A stretch of 64,000 nucleotides of DNA from an uncultured Acidimicrobiaceae bacterium (lineage in GTDB: Bacteria > Actinomycetota > Acidimicrobiia > Acidimicrobiales > Bog-793), in assembly GCA_963785415.1 (NCBI GenBank), contig CAWAVB010000001.1, forward strand, positions 483,579-547,578. The letters run 5' to 3'. The notes below the pieces were generated by a model. It had not been told where the DNA came from and did not search any database. It saw only the letters and a program-made list of their open reading frames with translations. This document shows, one piece after another, positions 9,198 to 18,967 of the stretch; position 1 is the stretch's first letter; each line of letters starts with the position of its first letter. The translations under genes were made by a program, and so were the position numbers.

Positions 9198-10228
9198 AAC
9201 AGCGCCCTCACGCCGAGGAAGTCTGCGTAGAAGATGCCCAGTCCGACCGCGGTGCACAGGGCCGAGAAAATCCAGAACCGCACGATGACGGTCGTCTCCG
9301 GCCATCCGACGAGCTCGAAATGATGATGGATGGGCGCCATCCGGAACACCCGGGTGTGGAAGACGCGGAAGCTGATCACCTGGATGACGACCGACATCGT
9401 GACGACGACGAACAGGCCGCCGAGGATCGGCAGGAGCAGTTGCACGTTCATCTCGATGGCGAGACAGGCGAGCGCCGTCCCGATCGCGAGGGACCCCGTG
9501 TCGCCCATGAAGATCTTGGCCGGGGCCGCGTTCCACCAGAGGAATCCCACGCAGGCGCCGGCGAGCGAGATCGCGACGAGGGCCAGGTCGAGCGCGGCGT
9601 GGACGTGGTAGATCTGCACGTGCCGGTACTGCCAGTAGCCGATGAGGGTCAGGCCGGCGAACGTGAAGGCCGAAGCACCCGCGGCGAGCCCGTCGAGGCC
9701 GTCGGTCAGGTTCACGGCGTTCGCCCCGGCGGTGACGATGAACGTGGCCCAGATGAGCCACACCGCCGTGCCGAGGACGACGCCGGGCACGCTCGCGCGG
9801 GTGAACGAGATCACCGTGCTCGCCGCAGCCCAGTGCTGGGCGGCGAGCGCGAAGCCGACCCCGACGAGGAGTTGCAGGACGATCTTGCCGCGCTTGTTCA
9901 GCCCGAGGCTGCGTTGGCGCCGCACCTTTAGCCAGTCGTCGGCGAACCCGATCGCCCCGGAGGCGACGAGCGCGAACATGACGAAGCCGCCCGCCCAGGT
10001 GAACCGGGCGCTGTTGTCGAGATGCCCGAGGAGGTACCCGGCGACGGCGGCGAGGATGATCGCCAACCCGCCCATCGTCGGCGTGCCCTCTTTCACGATG
10101 TGGATCGCCGGGCCGTCCCGGCGGACCTGCTGGCCGATCCGACGGTCCGCGAGCGCCCGCAGAAGGATCGGCGTCCCGAAGCCCGACACCAGCAAGGCGA
10201 CGGTGCCGGCCATGAAGATCGCGATCAT
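9194..10228 (-). CDS. mraY: phospho-N-acetylmuramoyl-pentapeptide transferase MraY
   Basis: 344-aa polytopic ORF with KEGTPTMGG, NAVNLTDGLDGLA, FMGDTGSLAIG. ATGA overlap with the murE stop. Confidence 0.96.
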   Translation of the reverse strand: MIAIFMAGTVALLVSGFGTPILLRALADRRIGQQVRRDGPAIHIVKEGTPTMGGLAIILAAVAGYLLGHLDNSARFTWAGGFVMFALVASGAIGFADDWLKVRRQRSLGLNKRGKIVLQLLVGVGFALAAQHWAAASTVISFTRASVPGVVLGTAVWLIWATFIVTAGANAVNLTDGLDGLAAGASAFTFAGLTLIGYWQYRHVQIYHVHAALDLALVAISLAGACVGFLWWNAAPAKIFMGDTGSLAIGTALACLAIEMNVQLLLPILGGLFVVVTMSVVIQVISFRVFHTRVFRMAPIHHHFELVGWPETTVIVRFWIFSALCTAVGLGIFYADFLGVRALL

Positions 10229-11748
10229 CTCGCCATCCCGCCCGTTCCGGGCGCGCGCCTCCTCGCCGACCGCCGGTTCGCCCGGTCGATCCAGTCGAGC
10301 TCGGCGCGAACGACCTCCCGGTCGTCGAACCGCAGGGTCACGTCGGCGAACTGCTGGGTCGTCTCGTGTCCCTTGCCCGCCACGACGACGACGTCACCGG
10401 GTCGCGCGGCGCGCAGCGCGCCAGCGATCGCGGTCCGCCGGTTCGGCTCGACGACGATCTTGGCGGGTCCCGCCATCCCGGCCCGGATCTCCTCGATGAT
10501 CGACTCCGGGTCCTCGCTCCGGGGATTGTCGGTCGTCAGCACGACGACGTCGGCGAGCCGCGAGGCGATCGCCCCCATCACCGGCCGCTTCCCGCGGTCG
10601 CGGTCCCCGCCGCAGCCGAAGACGACGATGACCCCCGGCTTGCCCGGGACGTCCGCCGCGGCCCGGTCGGCGCGTACCGCGGCGAGCATCTGCTCGAGGC
10701 CCGCCGGGGTATGGGCGTAGTCGACGATCGCGATGACGCCTCCCGCTCCCTCCACGGCCTCGAAGCGCCCGGGGACCCCCGCCGCCTGGCCGAGGCCCTC
10801 GACGATGGCGTCCGGCTCGACGCCGAGGGCACGCGCCGCGCTCGCCGCGGCCAGCGCGTTCGCCACGTTGAACGCGCCCCCGAGCCGCAGGTGCACCGAC
10901 CGCTTGCCGAGCCGGAAACTGGTCTCGGTCAGGCCGAGACTGAGCTCACGCACGTCGTCGAGCGAGTACGACACCGTCGGGATCTCGGCCCGGTCGAGCA
11001 GACGCCGGCCGAACTCGTCGTCGCGGTTCACGACGGCGAAACGGGCGCGATCGGGGGTGAAAAGACGTGCTTTCGCCGCGAAGTAGGCCTCGATCGTCTC
11101 GTGGTAGTCGAGGTGATCCCGCGAGAGGTTCGTGAAGACGGCGACGTCGAACCGGATCCCGTCGACACGGTGCTGAACGAGGGCGTGGGACGTCACCTCG
11201 ACCGCGGTCGCGACGATCCCGGCGTCGCGCATCTCGGCGAGCGCCCGCTGGAGGTGCGGCGACTCCGGCGTCGTGCGCGCCCCTTCGAGCGTTCCGATCA
11301 CCCCGGTCGGCCACCCGGCCCGTTCGAGGATCGACCGGAGCAGGTAGGTCGTCGTCGTCTTGCCGTTCGTGCCCGTGATCCCGACGCTGTGGAGCGCGGC
11401 CGCGGGATCCCCGTAGAAGGCGCACGCCGCCTTGGCCATCGCGATCCTCGCCGTGCCAGGGGGCACGACGAGTTGGAGCGCGTCGCCGACCTCGGGGCCA
11501 AGGGTGTGCTCGCAGATGAACGCGACGGCACCTTTCGCCGCCGCTTCGCCGGCGAAATCGTGTCCGTCGAGGCGGGTACCAACGAGGCAGCAGAACAGTG
11601 ACCCCGGCCGCACCTCGCGGTCGTCGAAGACGACGTCGGTGATCTCGATACCCCGGCGGTTGCCGAGCTCGACGAGCGGCCCGACGCGGTCGATGATCCG
11701 CGCGACGACGAGGTCGGCTCCCACGTCGTCCACCGCCGGGCTCGTCAC
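10225..11748 (-). CDS. murE: UDP-N-acetylmuramoyl-L-alanyl-D-glutamate--2,6-diaminopimelate ligase MurE
   Basis: 507 aa with GITGTNGKTTTTYL, the MurE-specific DNPRSEDP, and AGKGHETTQ. It is the only Mur ligase between ftsI and mraY. Confidence 0.9.
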   Translation of the reverse strand: MTSPAVDDVGADLVVARIIDRVGPLVELGNRRGIEITDVVFDDREVRPGSLFCCLVGTRLDGHDFAGEAAAKGAVAFICEHTLGPEVGDALQLVVPPGTARIAMAKAACAFYGDPAAALHSVGITGTNGKTTTTYLLRSILERAGWPTGVIGTLEGARTTPESPHLQRALAEMRDAGIVATAVEVTSHALVQHRVDGIRFDVAVFTNLSRDHLDYHETIEAYFAAKARLFTPDRARFAVVNRDDEFGRRLLDRAEIPTVSYSLDDVRELSLGLTETSFRLGKRSVHLRLGGAFNVANALAAASAARALGVEPDAIVEGLGQAAGVPGRFEAVEGAGGVIAIVDYAHTPAGLEQMLAAVRADRAAADVPGKPGVIVVFGCGGDRDRGKRPVMGAIASRLADVVVLTTDNPRSEDPESIIEEIRAGMAGPAKIVVEPNRRTAIAGALRAARPGDVVVVAGKGHETTQQFADVTLRFDDREVVRAELDWIDRANRRSARRRAPGTGGMAR

Positions 11749-13496
11749 CGCTTCGACGCGGGGCTCACGTTCGCGTCGAGTGCCGCGCCTGACGCCGGCG
11801 CGATGTCGAAGCGACGGAGCGCATACCGCATGATCTGGGAAAACACCGGGGCGGACACCGTTCCACCGTAGATCGGTGTCGGGTGGTTCAGTACGACGAT
11901 TCCCGAGAGCTGGGGATCCTCGGCCGGCACGAATCCGACGAACGTCGCGTTCCAGTCCCCCGCGACGTAGCCTGCCGCACCCGTGTCCGGGACCTGGGCC
12001 GTGCCCGTCTTGCCGGCCACGGTGTACCCGGGGATGTGGGCGAGCACGGCCGTCCCGTCCTGCACGACGCCTTCCAGCATCGGCACGAGCTCGGCGACGG
12101 TCGAGGCGGCCACCACCCGGACGCCCGACGACGCCGCCACGAGGTGCTCGGCCCCGTCACCCGTCACCGTGCCGGCGACGAGATGCGGCGGAACGAAGAC
12201 ACCGTTGTTCGCGATCGTGTTGTACGCATCGAGGATCTGGAGCGGCGTCACCGCGATGCCGGTGCCGATCGGGACCGCGGCGGCTGCCGAACCGAACCAC
12301 GTCGCCGGGGAGCCGACGATGCCGGCGGATTCCCCCGGCCAGTCGAGGCCCGTCAGGTGGCCGAAGCCGAGGGCGGACAAGCCCGCGGCGAGCCGGTCGA
12401 GCCCGAGCCGTTGCGCGATCTCGATCGTGCCGATGTTCGAGGACTGGGCGAGAATCTGGGCCACGGTGAGCTGCTCGGTCGGGTGGACCTCGGCGTCGGC
12501 GAACTGGTAGCCGCCGACGCTCAGCGTGTCGGGGACGGTGAGCACCGTCGAGGGCGTGATGATCCCCGCCTGCAGCGCCGCCATGATCGTGGCGAGCTTC
12601 ATCACGGAGCCCGGCTGGTACACGACCGTCGCCGCGAGATTCGAGGCCGCCGGCTTGACCTTGCCGTGCGGGCCGGCGACGAGGTCGACCATCGCGAGGA
12701 TCGCCCCCGTGTGGACGTCCATCACGACGGCGATGCCGGACCGTGCCCCGGTCGAGATGATCTGGGACGCGAGGTCCTTTTCCACCTCGACCTGGAGGGG
12801 TTCGTCGATCGTGAGGACGAGGCCCGTCCCCGCCTTCGACGCGGACACGTCGGAGGGCTTCGCCGGCAGCGCGTACCCGCCTGGGGCGAGGGCGACGAGC
12901 TCGCTGCCCGACTTGCCGGCGAGGAGCGAGTTCTCCGCCTCCTCGACGCCCGCGTCACCGGCCCCGGCGGCGTTTACGCCGCCGATCAGCGGCTGGAAGT
13001 CCTTGCCCCCGGTCGTCACGCGGACGCTGTCGGCTGCGAACGTCAGGCCGGCGAGGTCGCGACGCTCGATCGGGGCCACCGCGGCGTCTCTGAGGCCCCG
13101 GGCGAGCACGACGTAGCCGTTGTGCTCGCTCAGTTCGGCGACGAGACGGGCGACGGGGACCCCGAGGAGCGGGGCGAGCGTGTCCGCCTCGGTCCGGGGG
13201 GCCGTGATCTGGAAGTCATCCGCGATGACGTCGGTACGCGGCACCGAGACGGCGAGGACGTCCCCCGTGCTGTCGTAGATCGTGCCACGCGTCGCGGTGA
13301 GGGTCACCTTCTGGATGACCTCGGCCTTCTCGTAGGCCGCGTAGCGGGCGCCGTCGGCGACCTGGACGACCGCGAGCCGGACCACGAGTCCGAGCGACGC
13401 GACGACCATGACCGCGGCGACGACGTGCAACCGGGCCCGGCGGACGGGCGGTTCCGGGAGGCGGCGGTGGGGAGTTCGCCGCGCCGGACTCGTCAC
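11745..13496 (-). CDS. ftsI: penicillin-binding protein / peptidoglycan D,D-transpeptidase FtsI
   Basis: ORF 11745..14084 trimmed to GTG 13496 (GTGA overlap with the ftsL-like stop). N-terminal TM segment. Transpeptidase motifs SVMK (STxK-type), SSN, KTGT. Confidence 0.9.
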   Translation of the reverse strand: MTSPARRTPHRRLPEPPVRRARLHVVAAVMVVASLGLVVRLAVVQVADGARYAAYEKAEVIQKVTLTATRGTIYDSTGDVLAVSVPRTDVIADDFQITAPRTEADTLAPLLGVPVARLVAELSEHNGYVVLARGLRDAAVAPIERRDLAGLTFAADSVRVTTGGKDFQPLIGGVNAAGAGDAGVEEAENSLLAGKSGSELVALAPGGYALPAKPSDVSASKAGTGLVLTIDEPLQVEVEKDLASQIISTGARSGIAVVMDVHTGAILAMVDLVAGPHGKVKPAASNLAATVVYQPGSVMKLATIMAALQAGIITPSTVLTVPDTLSVGGYQFADAEVHPTEQLTVAQILAQSSNIGTIEIAQRLGLDRLAAGLSALGFGHLTGLDWPGESAGIVGSPATWFGSAAAAVPIGTGIAVTPLQILDAYNTIANNGVFVPPHLVAGTVTGDGAEHLVAASSGVRVVAASTVAELVPMLEGVVQDGTAVLAHIPGYTVAGKTGTAQVPDTGAAGYVAGDWNATFVGFVPAEDPQLSGIVVLNHPTPIYGGTVSAPVFSQIMRYALRRFDIAPASGAALDANVSPASKR

Positions 13497-13933
13497 GTCG
13501 CGGTCTTCGGTGCCGAGGACGCACCGGACCGGTTCGGATCGACGGGGACGAGATAGGTGACGTGGCTCGGCACCACCATCCCGAGCTCGTGCTCGGCAAA
13601 GGAGAGGATGCGGGTCGGCGATTCGAGCTGCGCCCGCGTGAGCTGGAGGTTCTGATCCTTGGCGACCGCCGTCGCGAGCTGCTGTTGCGCCCGGTCGAGG
13701 TGAACCTGCTGGGCGGAGACGAACGCCTGACCGGCGGCGACGATCACAAGCGCGGCGGCGACGCAGATGACCGCCACCATCCAGACGAACCTCGCCCTGC
13801 GCCGCAGGCGGCGCTCCTCGAGCTCGGCGCGGCCGAGGACCGTCAGACGGGTGCCGGCGGCGGCGTGGGCCGGTGCGACCGGTCGTTCGACAGGGACCGT
13901 CGCGGCGAGCCGGGCGGCCCGGGCCGGCGCCAT
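13493..13933 (-). CDS. FtsL/septum-formation-initiator-like bitopic membrane protein
   Basis: 146 aa with a single TM segment (FVWMVAVICVAAALVIVAAG) followed by a coiled-coil-like QQVHLDRAQQQLATAVAKDQNLQLTRAQLESP. Occupies the usual slot between rsmH and ftsI. Confidence 0.6.
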   Translation of the reverse strand: MAPARAARLAATVPVERPVAPAHAAAGTRLTVLGRAELEERRLRRRARFVWMVAVICVAAALVIVAAGQAFVSAQQVHLDRAQQQLATAVAKDQNLQLTRAQLESPTRILSFAEHELGMVVPSHVTYLVPVDPNRSGASSAPKTAT

Positions 13934-14904
13934 CAGCTCGCCTGCTCCCCGTCGTCAGCCCCGAGGCGCTCGACCGCCCGCAGACGGGCGGCTTCAGCGC
14001 GGGGGTTGCGCGCAACCTCCGCCGCCGCCGGGCGGCGGGCACCCCGGGTGACGAGGCGCGTGACGGGTCGTGCGCCACAGACACAGGGAAGCCCCGGCGG
14101 ACAGCTGCAGCTTCCCGTCGACCACGCCCGGAATCGCTCCTTGATCAGGCGGTCCTCCCCGGAGTGGTAGGCGAGGGTGACCAGGCGTCCCCCGGCGACG
14201 AGGCTCGCGAGTGCCGCGTCGAGGGCGACGGGCAGCACGTCGAGCTCGCCGTTGACGGCAACGCGCAGGGCCTGGAAGACGCGGCCCGCGGGGTTGCCCC
14301 GCCGACGGGCGCCGGCCGGAACGGCGGCGGCGACGAGATCGGCGAGCGCGGTCGTCGACGGGATCGGGCGGGCCCGGACGATCGACCGGGCGATGCGGTG
14401 GGCGAACCGCTGCTCGCCGTGGGCGGCGAACAGTCTCGCGAGGTCCTCCTCATCGAGGTTGTTCACGAGGTCCTCGGCGCGAGTCGGCCGCGAACGGTCC
14501 ATGCGCATGTCGAGCGGCGCGGCGAACCGATAAGAGAAACCCCGATCGGCGTCGTCGAGCTGGTGCGAGCTCACCCCGAGGTCGAAAAGCACCGCCGACA
14601 CCCCGCGCGACCACACGCCGTGCCGGGGAAGTTGCGCCGCGAGCAGGTCGGTGAGCGCGTCGAACCGGGCGTGGATCACCCGTGCCCGATCACCGAAGGG
14701 CGCGAGGCGCGCCGATGATTCCGCGACGGCGTCGGCGTCGGCGTCGATCCCGACCACGCCGAGGTCGGGACGACTCTCGAGGACCGCGACGGCGTGGCCA
14801 CCACCACCGACCGTCGCGTCGACGACGACGCCCGACGGCACGGCCCGCAGCAGTTCGACGACCTCGTCGACCATGACCGGCGTGTGGAAGGTCCCCTGGC
14901 TCAT
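13933..14904 (-). CDS. rsmH: 16S rRNA (cytosine1402-N4)-methyltransferase RsmH (MraW)
   Basis: ORF 13933..15309 trimmed to ATG 14904 (MSQGTFHTPVMVDEV). DATVGGGGHA, DLGVSSHQLD, SYHSGEDR-like LAYHSGEDRLIK. Confidence 0.94.
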   Translation of the reverse strand: MSQGTFHTPVMVDEVVELLRAVPSGVVVDATVGGGGHAVAVLESRPDLGVVGIDADADAVAESSARLAPFGDRARVIHARFDALTDLLAAQLPRHGVWSRGVSAVLFDLGVSSHQLDDADRGFSYRFAAPLDMRMDRSRPTRAEDLVNNLDEEDLARLFAAHGEQRFAHRIARSIVRARPIPSTTALADLVAAAVPAGARRRGNPAGRVFQALRVAVNGELDVLPVALDAALASLVAGGRLVTLAYHSGEDRLIKERFRAWSTGSCSCPPGLPCVCGARPVTRLVTRGARRPAAAEVARNPRAEAARLRAVERLGADDGEQAS

Positions 14905-15110
14905 CCGCAGCTCCCCGACTTCTGGCCGGGCGAGGGTCGCCCTGCAGAACGGATGGAGATCGGCGGAGAGGGGTTGATGCTGGCCATCCTTGGCCGCAGC
15001 CGAGGAGCTGCGGATGGACCAGGGGACGTTCCTCGGGGAGCGAGTCTGGCGACACGGGCGCGTCCGGCGCCGGCGGGGTCGGAGAAGCACACGGTCGGAC
15101 TCCGTCACGG

Positions 15111-15533
15111 TCACGCGACGGTCGTGGCGGCCGCGCCCGCCGGGTCGAGCGCCTTGGCGTTCCAGGCCGGCGGGGACCACAGCTCGACGTGGTCCATGAC
15201 GCCGACGATGACGACCTCGCGTTCGAGGCCCGCGTAGCTCCGCAGGTCCGTCGCGATGAGGATCCGGCCCTGGTTGTCGATCTCGATCTCGTCGATCGCC
15301 GAGCACCACTCGCGCACCTGGTTGCGCGACCAGGTGTCGACGGCGGACTGCTCCCGGGTGTCGATCTCGGCCTGGAAGGTCTCCGGCGTCCAGATCGCGA
15401 CGCAGCCCTCGAGGTGGGGGGTGAGGAAGCAGCGGGCGCCGAGGCGGGAGCGGATACGTGCAGGGAGGATCAGTCGACCCTTCGAGTCGAGCGAGTGGTC
15501 ATACCTCCCAAAGAAGCTGCTCTCAGGGCCCAA
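15111..15533 (-). CDS. mraZ: division/cell wall cluster transcriptional regulator MraZ
   Basis: 140 aa with two SpoVT/AbrB-like halves (LDSKGRLILP and IDNQGRILI). First gene of the dcw cluster. Confidence 0.93.
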   Translation of the reverse strand: MGPESSFFGRYDHSLDSKGRLILPARIRSRLGARCFLTPHLEGCVAIWTPETFQAEIDTREQSAVDTWSRNQVREWCSAIDEIEIDNQGRILIATDLRSYAGLEREVVIVGVMDHVELWSPPAWNAKALDPAGAAATTVA

Positions 15534-15606
15534 CGCGGTTGCCCTTCCTTCTCGTCACCACGGGTCGCCGTTCGGGTGACTCCGCTCCCCTGCCCTCCAT
15601 TTCGCG

Positions 15607-15641
15607 CCACTCTACGTATCAATCCCTCCACCGTCAACCAC
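15607..15641 (-). promoter_or_regulatory. putative mraZ promoter (-35 TTGACG, 17-nt spacer, -10 TAGAGT) overlapped by three GTGG repeats (candidate MraZ operator)
   Basis: The minus strand reads GTGGTTGACGGTGGAGGGATTGATACGTAGAGTGGCG, about 70-100 nt upstream of the mraZ start. GTGG occurs at offsets 0, 10 and 31. This is the most AT-rich patch of the intergenic region. Confidence 0.4.
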
Positions 15642-15923
15642 AAAGAGTTCGCAGCCGCCCGCGGCCTGCCCGAACGCGTGAAGCCCCCCCACCGACTTCC
15701 ACACGCCGGCGGCGAGACGCGGCCGATTCGCGGCCCGAAAAGGGCGCGGGCGCCGAGCGGGGACCGGATTCGCCCAGTTCGGCACCGCCGGGGCGTCAAC
15801 GGCCGCGATCCGGGGACGCGGTGGTGCGATGTGGGGCGGCGTCGAGGGGACGCACGGGCGCGGCGGCGCAGCGGGCGCGGGCACGAGTTGCCGCGCTCAG
15901 CGCGCAGCGGCCACCGTCTCGGC

Positions 15924-15948
15924 CCGGCGGGAGGGGGGTACCCGCCGG
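15924..15948 (-). terminator. GC-rich hairpin downstream of pntB (no U-tract)
   Basis: CCGGCGGG-9 nt-CCCGCCGG perfect 8-bp inverted repeat about 23 nt after the pntB stop. Confidence 0.3.
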
Positions 15949-15970
15949 AGCCGCTACGAATGACTCGTGG

Positions 15971-17398
15971 TCAGTCCACCCCGACGAGCGTCTTCACCGC
16001 GGCGATGATCGCCCGCAGGCCGGCCTGGGCGTCGGCAAAGAACATGCCGGTCTTCGGGTCGTTGTAGAGCTCGTTGTCGATCCCGGCGTAGCCGTGGCCC
16101 ATCGAGCGCTTGATGACGATGATGCTCTTCGCCTTGTCGACGTCGAGGATCGGCATGCCCGACACGGCGTTGCCGGGTCTGCGGGCCGCCGGGTTCGTCA
16201 CGTCGTTCGCCCCGATGACGAGGGCGACGTCGGCGCGGGGGAACTCGGGGTTGATCTCCTCCATCGTCTTGAGTTGCTGATAGGGAACCTCGGCCTCGGC
16301 GAGCAGGACGTTCATGTGGCCCGGCATCCGTCCGGCGACCGGGTGGATCGCGTAGGAGACCTCGATGCCCCGCTTCTCGAGCAAGTCGGCCAGCTCCTTC
16401 ACCGCGTGCTGGGCGTGCGCCGCGGCGAGCCCGTAGCCCGGGACGATGATCACCTTCTGCGCGTAGGCGAGCTGGATCGCGACGTCGTCGGCTCCGACCG
16501 AGCGCACCTGGCCGCCCGCACCGGCGCCGATGACGCTCGCCGTGTCGCCCGTGCCGAACCCGCCCGCGACGATGTTGAGGATCGACCGGTTCATCGCGTC
16601 GGCCATCAACTTCGTGAGGATGCTCCCCGAGGCGCCGACGAGCGCGCCGGCGATGATGAGGCCGACGCTGTTGATCACAAATCCAGCCATCGCAACGGCC
16701 GTGCCGGTGAAGGCGTTGAGCAGCGAGATCACGACCGGCATGTCCGCGCCGCCGATCGGCAGGACCATGATCACGCCCATGACGAGGGAGGCGATCGCGA
16801 TCCCGATCAGCGTGATGTCGCTGTTCGCCCCCGACAGGATGTACCCGGTCCCCGCGCACAGTGCCAGCGCGAGCACGAGGTTCACGATGCGCCCAGAGGG
16901 GACGACGATCGGCTCGGACGGGATGAAGCCCTGCAGCTTGCCCGCCGCGACGACCGAGCCCGAGAGCGTCACGGCGCCGATCACGACGTCAAGGACGCTC
17001 GTCACCGAAATGCGCGCCGCGATCGTCGGGGCGTGGAGGATCCCGGCGAGCCGGACGAAGTCGGCGATCGCGACGAGCGCCGCCGCCCCGCCGCCGACGG
17101 CGTTGAACAAGCTGACGAGCTGCGGCATCGCCGTCATCTCGACGGTCCGGGCGAGGTAGAGCCCGAGACCGGAGCCGAGCACCCCGCCCACGGCGAGCAT
17201 CAGCCAGCCGGTGGTCGAGATCGTCCCGTCGTGGGCGATGAGGGCGAGCGTCGCCGCCACGGCGACCGCCATGCCGAGCGCGGAGAGCCGGTTGCCGTGG
17301 TCCGCCGTCGGCGGGGCGTTCATGAGATGGAGCCCGATGACGAAGCACGTCGCCGAGGCCAGGTAGATGAGAGCGATGACGTCGTTGAAGGTGCCCAT
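15971..17398 (-). CDS. pntB: NAD(P) transhydrogenase subunit beta
   Basis: 475 aa. N-terminal polytopic membrane domain plus C-terminal NADP(H)-binding domain (IIVPGYGLAAAHAQH, VLLAEAEVPY, VIGANDVTNP). Confidence 0.95.
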   Translation of the reverse strand: MGTFNDVIALIYLASATCFVIGLHLMNAPPTADHGNRLSALGMAVAVAATLALIAHDGTISTTGWLMLAVGGVLGSGLGLYLARTVEMTAMPQLVSLFNAVGGGAAALVAIADFVRLAGILHAPTIAARISVTSVLDVVIGAVTLSGSVVAAGKLQGFIPSEPIVVPSGRIVNLVLALALCAGTGYILSGANSDITLIGIAIASLVMGVIMVLPIGGADMPVVISLLNAFTGTAVAMAGFVINSVGLIIAGALVGASGSILTKLMADAMNRSILNIVAGGFGTGDTASVIGAGAGGQVRSVGADDVAIQLAYAQKVIIVPGYGLAAAHAQHAVKELADLLEKRGIEVSYAIHPVAGRMPGHMNVLLAEAEVPYQQLKTMEEINPEFPRADVALVIGANDVTNPAARRPGNAVSGMPILDVDKAKSIIVIKRSMGHGYAGIDNELYNDPKTGMFFADAQAGLRAIIAAVKTLVGVD

Positions 17399-17724
17399 CA
17401 GGACTTGCCTCCGTCCTCGGTCGCCTCGCTCCGCGCCGCCGCCGGTCGGCGTTGGAACATCTTCAGCATGCGGTCGGTGACCGTGTAGCCCCCGACGACG
17501 TTCATGCCCGCGAACACCGCGGCGATGAAGGCGAGCGTGTAGCCCACCGCGTCGTGCGCCGTCGAGGCGATGAGGAACGCCCCGATGATGACGACGCCGT
17601 GAATGGAGTTCGCCGCCGACATCAACGGTGTGTGGAGCGTCTGGGGGACCTTGGAGATCACCTCGAACCCCACGAGAAGACTGAGCACGAAGATCGTGAC
17701 ATCAGTGATCAGACTCGTATCCAT
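17398..17724 (-). CDS. pntAB: NAD(P) transhydrogenase subunit alpha part 2 (membrane)
   Basis: 108 aa with three or four TM helices. LHTPLMSAANSIHGVV motif. One-nt overlap with the pntB start. Confidence 0.88.
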   Translation of the reverse strand: MDTSLITDVTIFVLSLLVGFEVISKVPQTLHTPLMSAANSIHGVVIIGAFLIASTAHDAVGYTLAFIAAVFAGMNVVGGYTVTDRMLKMFQRRPAAARSEATEDGGKS

Positions 17725-17728
17725 CGAC

Positions 17729-18967
17729 TCAAGCTCCGTTCACTAGAGACTTGCTTGCTGCCTGCCCCGCGAGTTCCGCCGTCGCGGAGTTGACCACCTT
17801 GCCCCCGGAGGTGATCACGACGCCCACCTGGATCTCGTCGGCGAGGTCGACGACGACCTTGCCGTCCTTCACGAGGTGCGTGAAGAGCGCGCAGATGTTG
17901 TGCGAATACGCCGTAGAGGCGCCGTTCGCCATCGTCGAGGCCAGGTTGCCCGCCCCGATGACCGTGACGCCGTTCGCGGTAACGACGGTCTCGTCGGGGC
18001 GGGACGCCTCGACGTTGCCGCCGAGGGAGCTCGCCGCCATGTCGACGATCACCGACCCGGCACCCATCGCCGATACGGCGTCGGCGGTGACAAGGAGCGG
18101 CGGGCGGCGTCCGGGCACCTGCGCCGTCGTGATCACGACGTTGTGCTGCGCGACGTACCCGTTCAGCTCCTCCTGCTGCGCCTTCGACTCCTCGGCGGTG
18201 AGAGCACGCGCATAGCCACCCTCGCCGACCGCCTCGGCGACCGATTTCAGCTCGACGAAGCGCCCGCCAAGCGACTCGACCTGTTCTTTCGCCTCGGGAC
18301 GGACGTCATAGCCCCGGACGATCGCCCCGAGCCGGTGCGTCGTCGCGATCGCCTGCAGACCGGCGACACCGGCGCCGAGGACGAGCACCTCCGCGGGTCG
18401 GACCGTCCCCGCCGCCGTCATGAGGAGCGGGTAGTAGCGCCCGTAGGCGTTCGCCGCGACGAGTGCCGCCTTGTAGCCGGCGATGTTCGCCTGCGAACTG
18501 AGGGCGTCCATCGACTGGGCGCGGCTGAGCGTGCGCGGCAGGGTATCGAGGCTCACGGCGGTGACGCCCCGATCGCCGAGACGCACGGCGAACCCGGGGT
18601 CGACGAGCGGGGCGAGCATGCCGATGACGACCTGGTCCGGCCTCAGCTTCTCCACGTCGGCATCGCTCGGGCGTCCGACGTAGAGCATCACGTCAGCGCG
18701 GGCGAGACACGTCGACCGGTCGACGACCTTCGCCCCCGCTCGGGCGTAGGCGTCGTCGAGGAACCACGCCCGCTTGCCGGCGTCCGCCTCGACGATGACG
18801 TCGAAGCCGGCGGACTGGAGCTTCGCCACGTCCCCCGGCACGAGCGCGACCCGGTGCTCGCCCTCGCCGGTCTCGGCGACGACCGCCACCACCGGCGCCG
18901 CGCCGACCGACGGCCTGTCCACCGTCTCTTCTGACGCCGCGGACGGTTCCACCCGATCTGCCATCAT
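17729..18967 (-). CDS. pntAA: NAD(P) transhydrogenase subunit alpha part 1 (NAD(H)-binding, alanine-dehydrogenase fold)
   Basis: ORF 17729..19129 trimmed to the ATGATG at 18967, preceded by a perfect AAGGAGG. VLVLGAGVAGLQAI Rossmann motif. Confidence 0.92.
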   Translation of the reverse strand: MMADRVEPSAASEETVDRPSVGAAPVVAVVAETGEGEHRVALVPGDVAKLQSAGFDVIVEADAGKRAWFLDDAYARAGAKVVDRSTCLARADVMLYVGRPSDADVEKLRPDQVVIGMLAPLVDPGFAVRLGDRGVTAVSLDTLPRTLSRAQSMDALSSQANIAGYKAALVAANAYGRYYPLLMTAAGTVRPAEVLVLGAGVAGLQAIATTHRLGAIVRGYDVRPEAKEQVESLGGRFVELKSVAEAVGEGGYARALTAEESKAQQEELNGYVAQHNVVITTAQVPGRRPPLLVTADAVSAMGAGSVIVDMAASSLGGNVEASRPDETVVTANGVTVIGAGNLASTMANGASTAYSHNICALFTHLVKDGKVVVDLADEIQVGVVITSGGKVVNSATAELAGQAASKSLVNGA

